DNA from: Mytilus californianus
Lineage: Eukaryota
Assembly (NCBI RefSeq): GCF_021869535.1
Contig: NW_026262712.1
Coordinates: 28,520,001-28,584,000 of the forward strand
Reading direction: 5' to 3'
DNA length: 64,000 nucleotides
The notes under the pieces are model-generated. The model saw only the letters and a list, made by a program, of their open reading frames with translations. It searched no databases and was not told where the DNA came from. The translations under genes and the position numbers were made by a program. Below are positions 12,593-25,330 of this stretch, in pieces; positions within the stretch are counted from its first letter, which is position 1; every line of letters begins with the position of its first letter.

Positions 12593-13598
12593 TTTTTGTC
12601 GAGCCTACGACTTCTGTCGCCGAAAGCTCGACATAGGGATAGTGACCTGGCGGCTGCGGCGGCGGCGTTAACTGGGAACCTTAAGTTTTCGTCTGTCATC
12701 TGTTCATTGTCCTTGATCTCATTTTCATGGTAAAGTGACTACTTGAAAAAAAAAGTTAAGATTTTTAGTATTCTGAATTTCTCTTTTATGATGAGTAATA
12801 TGATAACTATACTTGGTATGTACGAAGCTTGCAAGGTCCTCATGCCCGTCAGACAGTTTTACTTGACCTCGACCTCATTTCATGGAGCAGTGAACAAGGT
12901 TAAGTTTTCGTGGTCAAGTCCATATTTCAGATACTATAAGCAATAGGTCTATTATATTTGGTGTACGGAATGGTTTTTAGGTGTACATGTCCACCTGGTA
13001 CATGTAGCTGTCATTTGACCTTGACCTCATTTTTACGGTTCATTGCTCAATGTTACGTTTTTGTTTTTTTGTCTGTTTTTCTAATACCATAAGCAATAGG
13101 TCAACTATATTTGGCGTATGGAATAATTGTAAGGTGTATATGTCTGTCTTGCAATTATCATCGGACCATGACCTCTTTTTCATGGTTCATTGGTCAATCT
13201 TAAGTTTTCCTGGTTAAGTTTTTTTCTTAGATACTATATGCAATAGGTCAACTACGTTTAAAGCATATAATGATTGTAAGGTGTACATGTCTGTCTGGCA
13301 GGGTTCATCTGACCTTGACCTCATTTTCATGGATAATTGACAATGTTAAGTATTCATGGTTAAGTTTGTTTCTTAACGGGTAGATACTATGTGCAATAGG
13401 TCAACTATAGTTAAAGCATATTTGGTGTATGGAATGATTGTAAGGTGTACATGTATTTCCAGTTTGGTTTATCTGACCTTGACCTCATTTTCTTGGATCA
13501 TGTTAAGTTTATATGGTAGTTGTAGTAAAGCTTTATATTTAGGACTACCAAAATAAAATCAATGAAGGCGAGACATTTCAGTGTGTTCACTCGTGTGT
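12593..13598 (+). mobile_element. Helentron-like non-autonomous element with internal tandem repeats, inserted in the minisatellite
   Basis: Terminal hairpin GTCGAGCC.ACGAC-TTCT-GTCG...GCTCGAC (12598-12632), GGC microsatellite, repeated TGACCTTGACCTCATTTTCATGG units, ends AGGCGAGACATTTCAG. Inverted sibling at 55056-56430. Confidence 0.7.
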
Positions 13599-13702
13599 TT
13601 GCACAGTATTTGACACTGGTGTGTGGTTTTTTGTCCGCACAGTATTGTGTTATTAATAAGTACGATTCACTTTTGGAAGTTATGTGCCTATAGCCTATAC
13701 AT

Positions 13703-14542
13703 GACTTCATACAGGAACTTCTTAGGAAGAAAGATAAGAAGTTAGCAATATCCTTTAACTCTACGTTCCGCTATATAGATGATGTTCTCTCACTAAATAA
13801 TACAAAATTTGGTGACTATGTTGAACGAATCTATCCCATCGAACTAGAGATAAAGGATACTACAGATACAGTTAAGTTTGCCTCATATCTTGACTTACAT
13901 CTAGAAATTGACAATGAGGGTCGGTTGAAAACAAAACTTTACGACAAAAGAGATGATTTCAGCTTCCCAATTGTGAACTTTCCATTTCTATGTAGCAACA
14001 TTCCAGCAGCGCCTGCATACGGAGTATATATCTCCCAATTTATACGATATTCCCTGGCTTGTGTTTCCTATCATGATTTCCTTGATAGAAGATTGCTGCT
14101 CACAAGGAGGCTTTTAAGCCAAGAGTTCCAAATGGTGAAGTTGAAATCATCCCTTCGTAATTTTAACGAAGGCATTACGAGTTGGTTGACCGTTATGGAA
14201 TAACCGTTTCACAGATGATATCGGATATGTTCCTTATGTCGTAACTACAATACCCTTCCCTTTTCACGAATGTGACTTACCGAATTAGACTATTTACCGG
14301 ATTTGTAATAACATAAGCAACACGACGGGTGCCACATGTGGAGCAGGATCTGCTTACCCTTCCAGAGCACCTGAGATCACCCCCAGTTTTTGGTGGGGTT
14401 CGTGTTGCTTAGTCTTTAGTTTTCTATGTTGTGTCATCTGTACTGTTGTTTGTCTGTTTGTCTTTTATTTTTGGCCATGGCGTTGTCAGTTTGTTTTCGA
14501 TCTATGAGTTTGACTGTCCCTCTGGTATCTTTCGTCCCTCTT
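13703..14542 (+). mobile_element. 5'-truncated Penelope-like retroelement (Naiad-type): RT palm/thumb plus 3' UTR
   Basis: Stop-free frame from 13703: DFIQELLRKKDKKLAISFNSTFRYIDDVLSLNN...SYLDL...LKTKLYDKRDDF.FPIVNFPFLCSNIPAAPAYGVYISQ. YIDD at 13772-13783. Frameshift near 14165. No GIY-YIG endonuclease downstream of RT. Confidence 0.85.
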
Positions 14543-14789
14543 CTATATAGTTTCTCCAGCAGTTTTATTTGTGATTTGAATTATATATTGTATATTATGT
14601 AAATATTCGTCCAGATTGGAATTATAAATTAATAAACAATAGATTAGTCAATTTACTAGTATATTTTCATTTAACAAAACTGCACATTACTTGTTTATCT
14701 GTCGTCATATCGTCCGTCAATTCAATGTACCCTGACCTGAAAGTTTCGTTATACTCGACCGCCATGGCAATATTATGTAGTAGAGAATT

Positions 14790-15030
14790 GATAAATTATA
14801 AAAATCGACCAGTTTCTTGATTATATTGCTGTGTATTTATGTGTAAACATTTATTTTTATCAATATTTAGATCGTAGCAGCCCTGATGTAGGTTATCAAG
14901 ATTGCTACTGTTGAATATTCTCAGTTTTCGAAAGACCTCATATTTTTGATGAATATAAATTGTGCATATATTAAAGAAATGGAAATGGTCTTCTATCTGG
15001 TCTCCACAGACAAACAGAGAGCTGTCTGAC
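14790..15030 (-). mobile_element. C-terminal ORF2 relic of a CR1/L2-like LINE
   Basis: VCGDQIEDHFHFFNICTIY...NLDNLHQG...ETGRF resembles the C.CG..ED..HF...C..Y...LL.G...T.RF end of invertebrate LINE ORF2. Confidence 0.6.
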
Positions 15031-16019
15031 AAATGATCACAAAAGAGGGGATGTTTTATATTACTAGGCTCATTTCACAACTGACAGTGCATTATATTAT
15101 TTTTTTCGTGAATCAGTGGGAAAAAAAACTGGACAGGGACTAATATCCTCATTGAGCATTTATTTTGAATCCTGTAAAGCTTAATTATACTTATTCTTAC
15201 TTCTCCATCAAGTGAATTCCTATTTTCAGAGTATATGGGATACAACTGTTTTTTATTAGCAGACCATACTTAACATTAGTGATGGCGTACGACAAAACGT
15301 CTGCGGCAATGTAATTAAGAATATCTCCGGAAACAGTTTTATGAAAAAACAATAAATCGTTTTTCTGTCTCCTATTCTTGAGAAAATCCCAACCTAATTT
15401 TACGTATATTTCCCATCTACATGTAAGTGTTTCCTTTCTAAGCCCACCCTCAGATACAGTTTTAACAGCAACTAGTTGTACACGAGGTTAAATACAGACT
15501 CAATTATCTCTGATTCTTCTTTTGTACAGTTATCTCAAATTATGTTCCCATATTCCAATATAGGTATAAAACATACAATTTATAGACTTTCATGAAACAG
15601 TCTATCAATTTTTGTTTTTTTAAATATCTCATAATATGACATGACAGATTGAAGTATGTTTATCGAACAATGTAGTCACAAAAACGAAAGTAGATTCTTG
15701 ATTATTATATTTAAGACCATTTAACCTTTTAAATTTTACATGGGTCATACATTATCGATGCATTAAATACATACTATATTGACTAAGCTGAAATATGTAC
15801 ATACCAACTATAATATTCATTCAACAACTACCCCATTATACAGTACATACATGTATATACAATTTCAGTAACTACCACGTGATATGCTAGATATATGTGT
15901 CAGTTAATCTATGGAACTCCAAAACTGTCTGATAATGTTCATTTTCATGAAGATGTGCTTTTACCGTTATATGATGTGATTTTCCGTTATATAGTGTGCT
16001 TATACCATTATATTTTTAT

Positions 16020-16240
16020 TATAAATCTTTATTGCTAAATTAAACCCATAAGGGTCAAGCAATTCAAACAAACAATGATACAATTAAATACAATACAATG
16101 CAATGCAATGCAATGCAATACAATACAATACAATAGAACATATTTTAAGGAAGAGTTCATTTTACAAATTTATGTAAAAAATAAGACACACTTGTCTGAC
16201 ATGTGTCTGATCCCCTCAGTTCTAAGGACTGCTTAGATGA
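16020..16240 (-). mobile_element. 3' tail of a LINE with (CAATG/CAATA)n microsatellite
   Basis: Close match to 18670-18870, which is the 3' end of the LINE remnant at 18660-19280. Confidence 0.6.
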
Positions 16241-17689
16241 CGTGACTTTGTCTTTAAGTCATGTACTTTGTCTTTATATACAGTTGAATCAACATTATGT
16301 GATGGAAACTCGACATTATGTGATGTGCAATTATAAAGCATAGTTCTTTCCGGATGAGATAACATCCGTCGAAAAAAATATTGCATATGATATTGTAAGA
16401 TTCTTTCCGGAGGAAATTATTTTACTGTGAGATATTTTCCATTGACATTTAATTTTTACCGGAACGGTTTTACAGATAGACGGTGTGAAATTGTTGTTTT
16501 GAGCCAAAGTAGTAATATTTAAAGATTTAAATCGAAAAGTTAATAAAGAACTAAATCTATGCAAATACTATAGACTCATAATGAAGTTTCTTAAAAAAAA
16601 CTAAAGAAGTGATAAAAACAACCAAATAATTGTATTGTAATCGGAAATAATATCACATATGCTAGTTGTAAAATAATATCCGGAAATAATTTGTTAGTAA
16701 AAATATCGTCCGTTTGAAACCATGCAAATTTTCTATTTCATTATTACAATATAACAAAAAAATCAACTATCATGAAAAATATGTAACAGAATCAGAAATA
16801 ATGTCACATACATTTTTTATCTTATAATTATGAAATAATTTTCTGATCAATAAGAAAATACATGTAAGGTATGTGAAATACAGGTACAAATAACTGGTTT
16901 TCAGATGCGAGAACAATAAAAATGGTAAAGGTAGAAATACAGTCACATCACTACCATTACGGAACTCGACGAATCAGTTTGGTGATAATATATTCAACTA
17001 TGAAATGCATTCCGGAATATAGTTTCCGAAAAATGAAAATCTCTAATAAGCACCTCCCTTTGATTGATAATTTATGCAAATATGTCCTACCTTGGAAACA
17101 CATTTATCATTATGGTTATGTATATATAGATTGTGAGTACCTTTAGTTGTAGACAATGGGATTGTAGTTCCCAAGCGTATGTGAAATGTTAACCTGATAG
17201 AATTTACTGTTAAATACATTCTACATATTAAGATCGAAAGAATTTTTCTCCCCGACATAAATCTACCTCTAAAATACCATGTTTGGGAACTACTTACTGT
17301 GACAAATCATCCGCCGGAAAATATATCACAGAGGAGGAAATAAACCGTTATATAAACACCTTACAATGCATCGATTCGTTCCATTAAACAGTGTTGTCCT
17401 TTCACTTTTGTTAACGGGAAAAAAAATATAGCGATAAAACAAATTTGATTTGTGATCATTGAACCATGAGGTCAATGATAACTGACATCACAAGACGGAT
17501 CATACCACTGTCATTTGTATAAATAAGTTCGAAATAGAAAGCAATGTTGTATGATTGCCAATGAGACAACTATCCAACACAGTCCAAAAGAAACGGATTT
17601 AAGCAAAACTAGATCGTCGTGCGTCCTTCAACATTGAGAAAAACTTCTACCGTATAGTTGGCCATCAAACTAGGCTCCCACATAAACAA

Positions 17690-18250
17690 ACGGTAAAGGT
17701 CAGATAAAACCTGCCAGACGGACATGTACACCTTACAATAATTTCATACATCAAATACAGCTGAGCTATTGCTTATAGTATCTGAGAAACAAAACAAACC
17801 ACAAAAAAAAATTAACATTGAACAACTGCCCATGAAAATGAGGTCAAGGTCAGATGAATCCTGCCAGTCTGACAAGTAAGCCTTACATTCATTTCACACA
17901 CCAAACGTTGTGACCGTTTGATTATAGTATCTTACATAAAAACTTGAACACGATTTTACCTTAATAATTGATCGCTGATCCGAGTTATGAGGTCGAGGTC
18001 AGAGGATCTCTGTCTGACGGACATGTAGACATTGCGATGATACATATACAAAATATAGTTATCCTTTTACTCATAATAAGAGAGTATTTCACATGACAAA
18101 AAATCTATACCTTTTCCAAGCAATCGCTGAACTTTGAAGATGAGGTCAAAGGCAATGGACATATGACAGACAGAAACTTCATTAAGGCATCTACATCCAA
18201 TTGGTTTGATGTATTCTGGCTTCTGTGCATCTATCCAAAGATAAATACCA
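17690..18250 (-). mobile_element. Fragment of the Helentron-like family seen at 12593 and 55056
   Basis: Shares GAGGTCAAGGTCAGATGAA and GGACATGTACACCTTACAAT units with 55056-56430. Confidence 0.65.
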
Positions 18251-18659
18251 TGTGCCTCTACCATCTATCTTGCCATGTAACATTATTCCTTAGTGCATTC
18301 TGCAGTAAAGTTTCATGTGCAAATTCATTGCCATTTATAAATAGCCTCGGGGGGTAAGAAGACTATACTTTTAAACGCTTAAATAGAAAGGGGTAGGATA
18401 TATGTTCAACCTGTTTATACTTTGTACTTTATTGAGGTTTTTTACCCCCAAAAAGTGTCTTATATAATTGTTCTATACTCCTTGTGAACCAATGAAAAAA
18501 AAAAAACATCTTCATCTTTATTTGAATACAAACCACAAATCAAATATTGGGTACATGATTTCATTATAGGGGTTTACTGTGGATTAAACCTTCTATTTAG
18601 CATATCAAACAAAGATTTAGCTTAAAAGTGTTGGAGATTCACACACAAAAATGTTATTA

Positions 18660-19280
18660 TCAATAATATATATTGTTTATTGCAAAATTACACCCATAAC
18701 GGTCAAAGCAATACAAACAAACAATACAATTAAATACAATGCAATGCAATGCAATACAATACAATAGAACATATTTTAAGAAAGAGTTCAATTAACAAAT
18801 TAATGTAAAAAACACAATTATAAACTTATCTGACATGGGTCTGACCCCCTTAGTTCTTAAAACTGCTTAACGAAGACTCCAATATGACAAACAAGTTCAT
18901 GGGTGGGGTTTAGAATGTGTTTTAGTTTATTAAATGCATCAAGATGTTGAAATAGTGGTACATAGTCTTTTAGATAAGCAAAAACAATTTGAACGCAATG
19001 CTATGTTAATGTCACAATACAAAAAGAAATGAAATTCGTCATCTATGACTCCACATTTTTTACATAATCGTTGTGCTCTTGGAATGTTTCTATATCTGCC
19101 CAATTCAACTGCCTATGTATAAAATTATTGCAATTTAAATATTCCTCAGGCTGACAATTAGTTTTGACTTTCCCATAAAGACAAAATTTGGATGCGGAAT
19201 CCAATTTTGAAAGTTGATTTAAAGTAGTTTTTTCATATTCCTCTGAAACACACTTTTTAGTATTACATTTTAACACTTTT
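18660..19280 (-). mobile_element. 3' end of a non-LTR retrotransposon (LINE ORF2 C-terminus, 3' UTR, AATAAA)
   Basis: Minus strand gives SKLDSASKFCLYGKVKTNCQPEEYLNCNNFIHRQL, then VIDDEFHFFLYC at about 19050-19010, then KLKHILNP...FVKQF*ELR, a microsatellite and CAATAAAC. Confidence 0.75.
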
Positions 19281-19404
19281 TTGATTGTTTAAAAGGTTTA
19301 TTAATATAAGAGTGATTTTCTGGGTTTATTTTCATATCTTTAAATTATCATTCCTCATAATTTTAATTGAAACATATTTCTCGAATTCTGGAGAGACCTC
19401 GATG

Positions 19405-19545
19405 GAAGACTGGTCAAAGCAATTTATCTACGTGTCGATTTTATTGACAAGGACTGCTTTTTTTTTCCGGGTACTCCAGGTTCCTCCACCAATCAAAAAA
19501 ATGGCCGCCATGATAAAGACATGTGAGTGGCGTTAAACACCGGGG
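19405..19545 (+). mobile_element. Truncated SINE fragment (V-SINE-type core)
   Basis: TTCCGGGTACTCCAGGTTCCTCCACCAAT...GTGGCGTTAAACACC matches 56630-56858. Confidence 0.65.
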
Positions 19546-20473
19546 AAAAAAAAGAAACACAATATAATTCTGCTGGAGGCAAAATTCAGAAAGTTGGAGT
19601 TTTCAAGGTAGAGAAACTGTATTTTCTTTATCCAATAGAAAGGACAAATCATAAAAATATAAATATGTTGTATGAACGGAAATTGGAAAATGTTTGTTTA
19701 TTTTGCCCCTAGGGGTATGGGATAGACCTCATATATGTCATGTCGAGGGGAGTGGGAGTGGGAAAGACAGGCCATTCTCAATTGTGCAATATTTTTGGAG
19801 TGGAAGGTCTGCCGGATTCTTGATCCGACTGTATCTGTAGCATTTATAGCAACATGTACAAATTTATCGTTCATGTGTATGTACCGAGTGTTTTTTTTTA
19901 CTTATTTTGAGTTTACTCCCATTGTTTTGACATACAATTCAATGGAATATTTTCAAAAAGATGTAGAGGTAATAAATCATCCTGCAAGAATTATCTGGAC
20001 ACTATAATATGAAAGATCACGGTTAAAATACGTCTGGCAGTGAAGTTCACAGTGATACGCATCCAATCTCCTTATTCAAAAGTTGATTCAGTATTGCAGT
20101 TTAAGTACTGAAGTTATTCAAATTTCAATGATTATTCTGACTTCTATAATGTTCATATAGTTGAAGAAGCACTATTTCAGTAATACTATTATTCCAGTGG
20201 GTTTATATCATATCATCTGGGACAACACGGACCATTAAATGCCATATTGCCTCATTGCAAAATTTGTTCATACTTGATTGTAGCTGTTTTATGGACACTT
20301 ATAGGGTTACCCAATACGCTGACTTAAATATATTTGGCTCGTTTAATTTTCATAAAGTTTTGACACAATATGTATTTTGACCTGTTGACAAAAATATAAA
20401 AATTTCAAAAAATATCAACCCCATAAGTTACTGAAATTATTTCGTTAGATGCATAGCAATTTTAGAAACACTA

Positions 20474-20893
20474 CAGTGGAGATCACTTCTAACCTCTCAT
20501 CAAATCTGTCAGAATCTGTCAGGAGAACTGTTCTATGACAATATGTAGAACTGTTATCCTGACACCCTTTTAGACAGTTGTAGCTAGAACAGTTCTAACC
20601 TAGAACTGATTTGGTCAGTTCTACCTAGAACTGATCCTGACAGTTCTACCCTAGAACAGTTTTAGACAGTTCTACCTAGAACTGAACAAATCTTTGGTCA
20701 ATTCTACGACTAGAATAGTTCTACGGCTAGAACAGTTCTACGACTAGAACAGTTCTACGATTAGAACTGATTTGGTCAGTTCTACGACTAGGGTAGAACT
20801 GTTCTAGGTAGAACGGTTTTAGGACAGTTTAGAACAGTTCTATGACAGATTATTCTGACAGTTCTAATGAGAGGTTAGAAGTGATCTCCACTT
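20474..20893. mobile_element. MITE with 27-bp TIRs, TA TSD and an internal palindrome array
   Basis: CAGTGGAGATCACTTCTAACCTCTCAT (20474-20500) vs 20867-20893 match 26/27, flanked by TA. About 13 internal TAGAAC(A/T)GTTCTA-like units. Confidence 0.85.
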
Positions 20894-21186
20894 TAGTTGT
20901 GATCATTGAGAAGCTTGATTTTCTTTTTACTTAAAGTATGTGATTAAAACGTTCAGCTGATTTTAAAGAGTAAAATCCCATAGGTGTTATGTAACCCCTT
21001 AAAATAATGACTGTATACATATTCTGACTCAATTGTTGAATAGTTTTACTCAGTATGGAATGAAAAATAACGACTTCATGATCATGATGATTAGATTTTA
21101 ATGCAAACATCTTTTTTTTATGAATACAAGTGCATGTATTAGGTATCATAAATTAGATAGCAACCCAACGACACAAAATGTAATCT

Positions 21187-21192
21187 TTTATT
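21187..21192 (-). terminator. Probable polyadenylation signal of TRIM-like copy B
   Basis: AATAAA on the minus strand within a block homologous to 4570-4615 and 49288-49345. Confidence 0.45.
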
Positions 21193-21215
21193 CCTTTATA
21201 TTTGTTTTTCCTTAA

Positions 21216-21921
21216 AGTCATATGAAATGAGTTTCTAGAAATTTTGAGTTTGTCGAAATTATAACCAATGCATCAATATATACTAAACTTAACTAAAAGT
21301 CTTGCATGCACGTTTGTTTTATATTTATTAAACATCTATAATCTACTATTGACAAATACTATTTCATTCAGTTGTTGTTGATTGCAAGCTGATTAATTTT
21401 CGAGTTTAGTGCCGAAGTTTACTGGATCCTGACATTGATAAACATTAAAAAAAAAAGTGCACGTGGAAAGCATGACAGATAAATGAAAAGAAAGAGCCAT
21501 GACATTTGTTGTTATATTTCCCATGTATTCCCATTTGTTAATCAAGCTATTCCTTAAGAGTTGTTTAATGATTTGTTGTATTAAATTTGTTCCTTAAGAA
21601 TCTGATATTTCTATTTACCTTCAAAAGCACATGTGTTTACATTCTTTCATGACAGTTTTCCCCTCGCACTTGCGCAGTGCGGTGGCCGAAGTTAAAACGA
21701 CAGGTCTCGTTGATACGTCACTGCATACGGGAAAACATCGGCGAATTAGTGTCTTGGAAGCCAATAATTAAACATCGGTACATTTATGACGATTTTGATC
21801 ATTTGGAGGATTTTCTTTTTAAAAACAAAGTTCACATTCGCTTCTTTTAGAGTAAAACTTACCTATTCAAAAATATAAAACATGTTCAATTTTTTTTTCA
21901 AATTTGAGGTTTCGTATGATA
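21216..21921. mobile_element. Non-autonomous DNA transposon (Kolobok-like, tentative) in the putative 3' UTR of copy B
   Basis: TTAA|AGTCATATGAAA at left, degenerate TTTCGTATGATA at right. Confidence 0.45.
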
Positions 21922-22815
21922 ACACTTTCGGAGAAGTGAAAAACTTGGAATTCGTATATTACCCTTGATGATCAAATTGTATGTCAACAACTTGTAGAAT
22001 GGTATTGAATTTAGATAAGTTACATATGTACAAACTAAACCGAAGGTCTCGAGGTCTTGCAATGATTAAAATGACTAGGTTGTTCGCCTATTTCACCCTT
22101 CTAAGGCCAAGAGACACAAACATAAATAAAAAATCAAGACTCAATCTCTCAAAATTTAAGGTGGGGATATTTATATAACACCATGCATGTTACATGGAGA
22201 TTCATAAAAAAACATTTTTTTTTTAAAAGACATCCCTCTAATCTGTAGCGCTTATTCTTATATGGTTTGTTAACTCTCTGGTTTAAGTTTCAAAGTTGAT
22301 TTTTCTGTCGGGAGAAACATTGCAGCGACACTAATTCTAATACATCAGATGCAGCTAAAATAGATGTTTACTGCTGGAAATAAATGCAAAACAGAATAAT
22401 GAATAATGTCGGTGAATGTATTTTTCATTATATATAGTTGATATCTTTTCCCTAAGTAAGCTATCATGGCTATAGGGGTCTTGTTTGTTATCAGATAACT
22501 TTTCGCGTCGTAAAATGATTATTAAATTCTGATATACTCTCATTTAGCTATTGCTGTCGAAGTTTCCAGCCCGTAACCCCTGTTTGATCAATTGCAGAAC
22601 CTGTTTATGTATTGTACATTTGCACTGATATGAATGATAACTAATGAAATGTCAATGTATGTTAGACTAACAACAAGTAATCAATCAAATGTTTTAGTAG
22701 AATGAAAATAATTTCTTTGTTGCAATTTGCGATTCAATAAATTGGATACAATTCAATTGACATAACAAACAGACTGTTATAGGTTTTACGCTAAAACAAC
22801 AAATTTAAGTTCATG

Positions 22816-24476
22816 TTAATTTCTGATTTGATAAACTGAACATTCTTTGCTTTTATCAGTAATAATGAGAAAAATATTCTTGGTTGGATGAAAAGAGATG
22901 TGACGTGGGGTTACAAGATTTTCTAAAACTGGTTCCCTGTATCCTGTAGTCGTGTTTATTTGCACAACTGATCCTTTTTCGTTGTGGCAAATGCATGCAT
23001 ATAACTGTCCTTGTTCAGAAACGTCTAGTCCTCTGATCTCATGGTCACTTTTCATGTTGGTGGGAATTTCTTTGTGTGAACCAGTTTCTGTCATATGTAT
23101 AATTGATTTGCCATCAGAAATGAACATTCCACCGCGGTTATCAACGCATATAAATAAAAGAGTAATTTTACATTGCAAAGTCTTGACAACAGTTCCATCT
23201 TGACTTAAAAGTACGATAGCGTTTTCGACATTTGAATAAATTAATGCATTATTCACCTTGACCCGTCTATAAGCATTTTCTGTAGAAGTTTCCTTGTTTA
23301 TACGAGGCCCTTCTTTTAAGTTCTTAATGTCAATATTGTAAACACCTATAGGTGGAAAAGATGCATACACATCATTTGTCACATTACAAGTTACGTCTGA
23401 TGAGCTATAACCTACATTTATTGTGTGGACATTGGAGCTAGTAATGTCATAAACACGAAACGGAGAACCATTAAAAACAATCTGATTATTCATAGTAAAA
23501 GAAGCTTTGTTCAACACTTTCATTTCCAACTGAGAACACCTAATATTTTGAAGAAGTTGGTGTTTTCCTTGTTGAACTTTATAGGCGTGAACTTGTTGGA
23601 CATTCAGTGGGTGTTGAACTGTAGTTTTGATCTTCTCCACTTTTAATTTGGATAGTGTAGCTAAGATTGGTTTAATCTTTTCTATAAATTCAAACGGGGA
23701 CGAGCGCAGGTTATATTCTACCAAACCTTCTTGAAACTTTGACAAGAACATTTCTTCTTCGACTTGTAAAAGGTCTATGGTTTTGATTGCTGCAAAGATT
23801 CTTGTTTCGGAAGTATGTTCTGTTAACGTTTCTATGGCAGTTTGCCAGGATTCCGACTTGTTTTTTCTTGCGGTCAGATCTTTAATGTGCTTTTTTATTT
23901 CGCCCTTGCATTCTTCATTACAGGTATCAAATTTTGTATCGATTTCCTGTTCCAGCTCATCCAAGTATGTGTTAAGTTCTTTTCGAACATTTCTTATTTT
24001 TTCTTTATATTCGTCTCTCTGGTCAGATATTGAACTCAAATTATTCTCGTATACATTGAGTATCTTACCTATCATAAGCGAAAATTCTGACATTCGATGT
24101 TGTAAATCATCAATCGCTGTTCCCATTTTCACGCCTTTCGACGCATTTTCTATTGACTCTACATCTTTACACGCGTTATGCGATTCCCGTAAACAAAAAG
24201 CGCAGCAGATTGTATCATGTTGTAGGCAAAAAAAAGAAATGTTCTGGTCATCATGAATATGACAGGTTTCTGAAATATTTAAAACCGAAAATCCAACTTT
24301 TCCGCTTCAAGAATCGGGATTGTTTTGTGATTCGATGTTGTTTTCCCTTTTCGATGGAACTTTAGACATTCTCCGTATAATGGTTCAGAACAGTCACTAC
24401 ACCAGGAATGTGCTTGTTGGTTTTCCCCATCTCTACCACATGGTTCACACCACTGTATATTCGAGGCGCCAGCCAT
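22816..24476 (-). pseudogene. TRIM-like copy B, frameshifted (pseudogene or assembly error)
   Basis: Collinear with gene A over its whole length. One missing base in a T4 run at 24288-24291 causes TAA at 24281-24279; restoring it gives a 553-aa ORF. Also has a B-box1 Cys-to-Tyr change (EPLYGEC). Acceptor at 24501-24500. Confidence 0.85.
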
Positions 24477-25124
24477 AATCTATTTATTTGTTTGCAGTTC
24501 TACAAGAAAAGATGTATATTTTCCATTAATGTATAAAGATAATTTTCGCTTGACTGCGTTCTATTTGCATGAATTTATTAAACAAGATGTATCTGTTCGA
24601 GCTAATACTAGCATCATGGCAATTTGTATTTACCTATACATTGTACTACATGTCTTAAACCTTTTTGAAAGTTTGTACACAGCTTGAATAATGTAATACA
24701 AGGAGCATTTATGCCTAATTCAAGTTGATATTTTTCCTGGAATTTGCAATTATAATTAATGAGACTTACCAGGATGTTTAATCTACCGTTCATTTTGCAT
24801 CTCTTTTAAAATTTCACAATTTTCAATTTCAGAGTTTAATGTGAAAAAATAGCCATCTGTCATCTCTGAGAAGATATGTTCATTTATTAAAAATGGAAGC
24901 AATATAGGATTTGTATGTATATATTTTATCTCTACATTTTGCAAACTTCAGTCCAATGTTTGTTAACTACGTCTTGCCACTTTCCTGTTAAAAGACCTTT
25001 TTAAATTGTTCTGAATAGTATAAGAAAAGACCTTTAGAGCATGTTCGGATATTTTTATGCCAAAATGTAATTTTTGTTTCGCATGAAATAAGATATTTGG
25101 TATAATGATATTTTACAGTAAATA

Positions 25125-25330
25125 GTAAAATCACAACAGTCCTGAACTCCGAGGAAAATTCAAAACGGAAAGTCCCTAATCAAATGGCAAAATCAAAAGC
25201 TCAAACACTCCAAACGAACGGACAACGACTGTCATATTCCTGACTTGGTACAGACATATTCTTAGGTAGAAAATGGTGGGTTAAACCTGGTTTATAGCTA
25301 GCTAAACCTCTTACTTGTATGACAGTCGCA
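25125..25330. repeat. Abundant interspersed repeat; inverted sibling at about 42960-43265
   Basis: AAAATTCAAAACGGAAAGTCC...CTGTCATATTCCTGA...AAACCTGGTTTATAGCTAG is the reverse complement of 43085-43235. Confidence 0.7.

Noticed and set aside
11752-12733. About a dozen overlapping 60-145 aa ORFs
   Set aside because: Translations of the minisatellite in several frames on both strands, with no domain content.
20530-20850. Heat-shock or steroid response elements in the TAGAACWGTTCTA array
   Set aside because: GAA and TTC are 3 nt apart (an HSE needs 2), and the AGAACA/TGTTCT half-sites lack the 3-nt spacer of a GRE.
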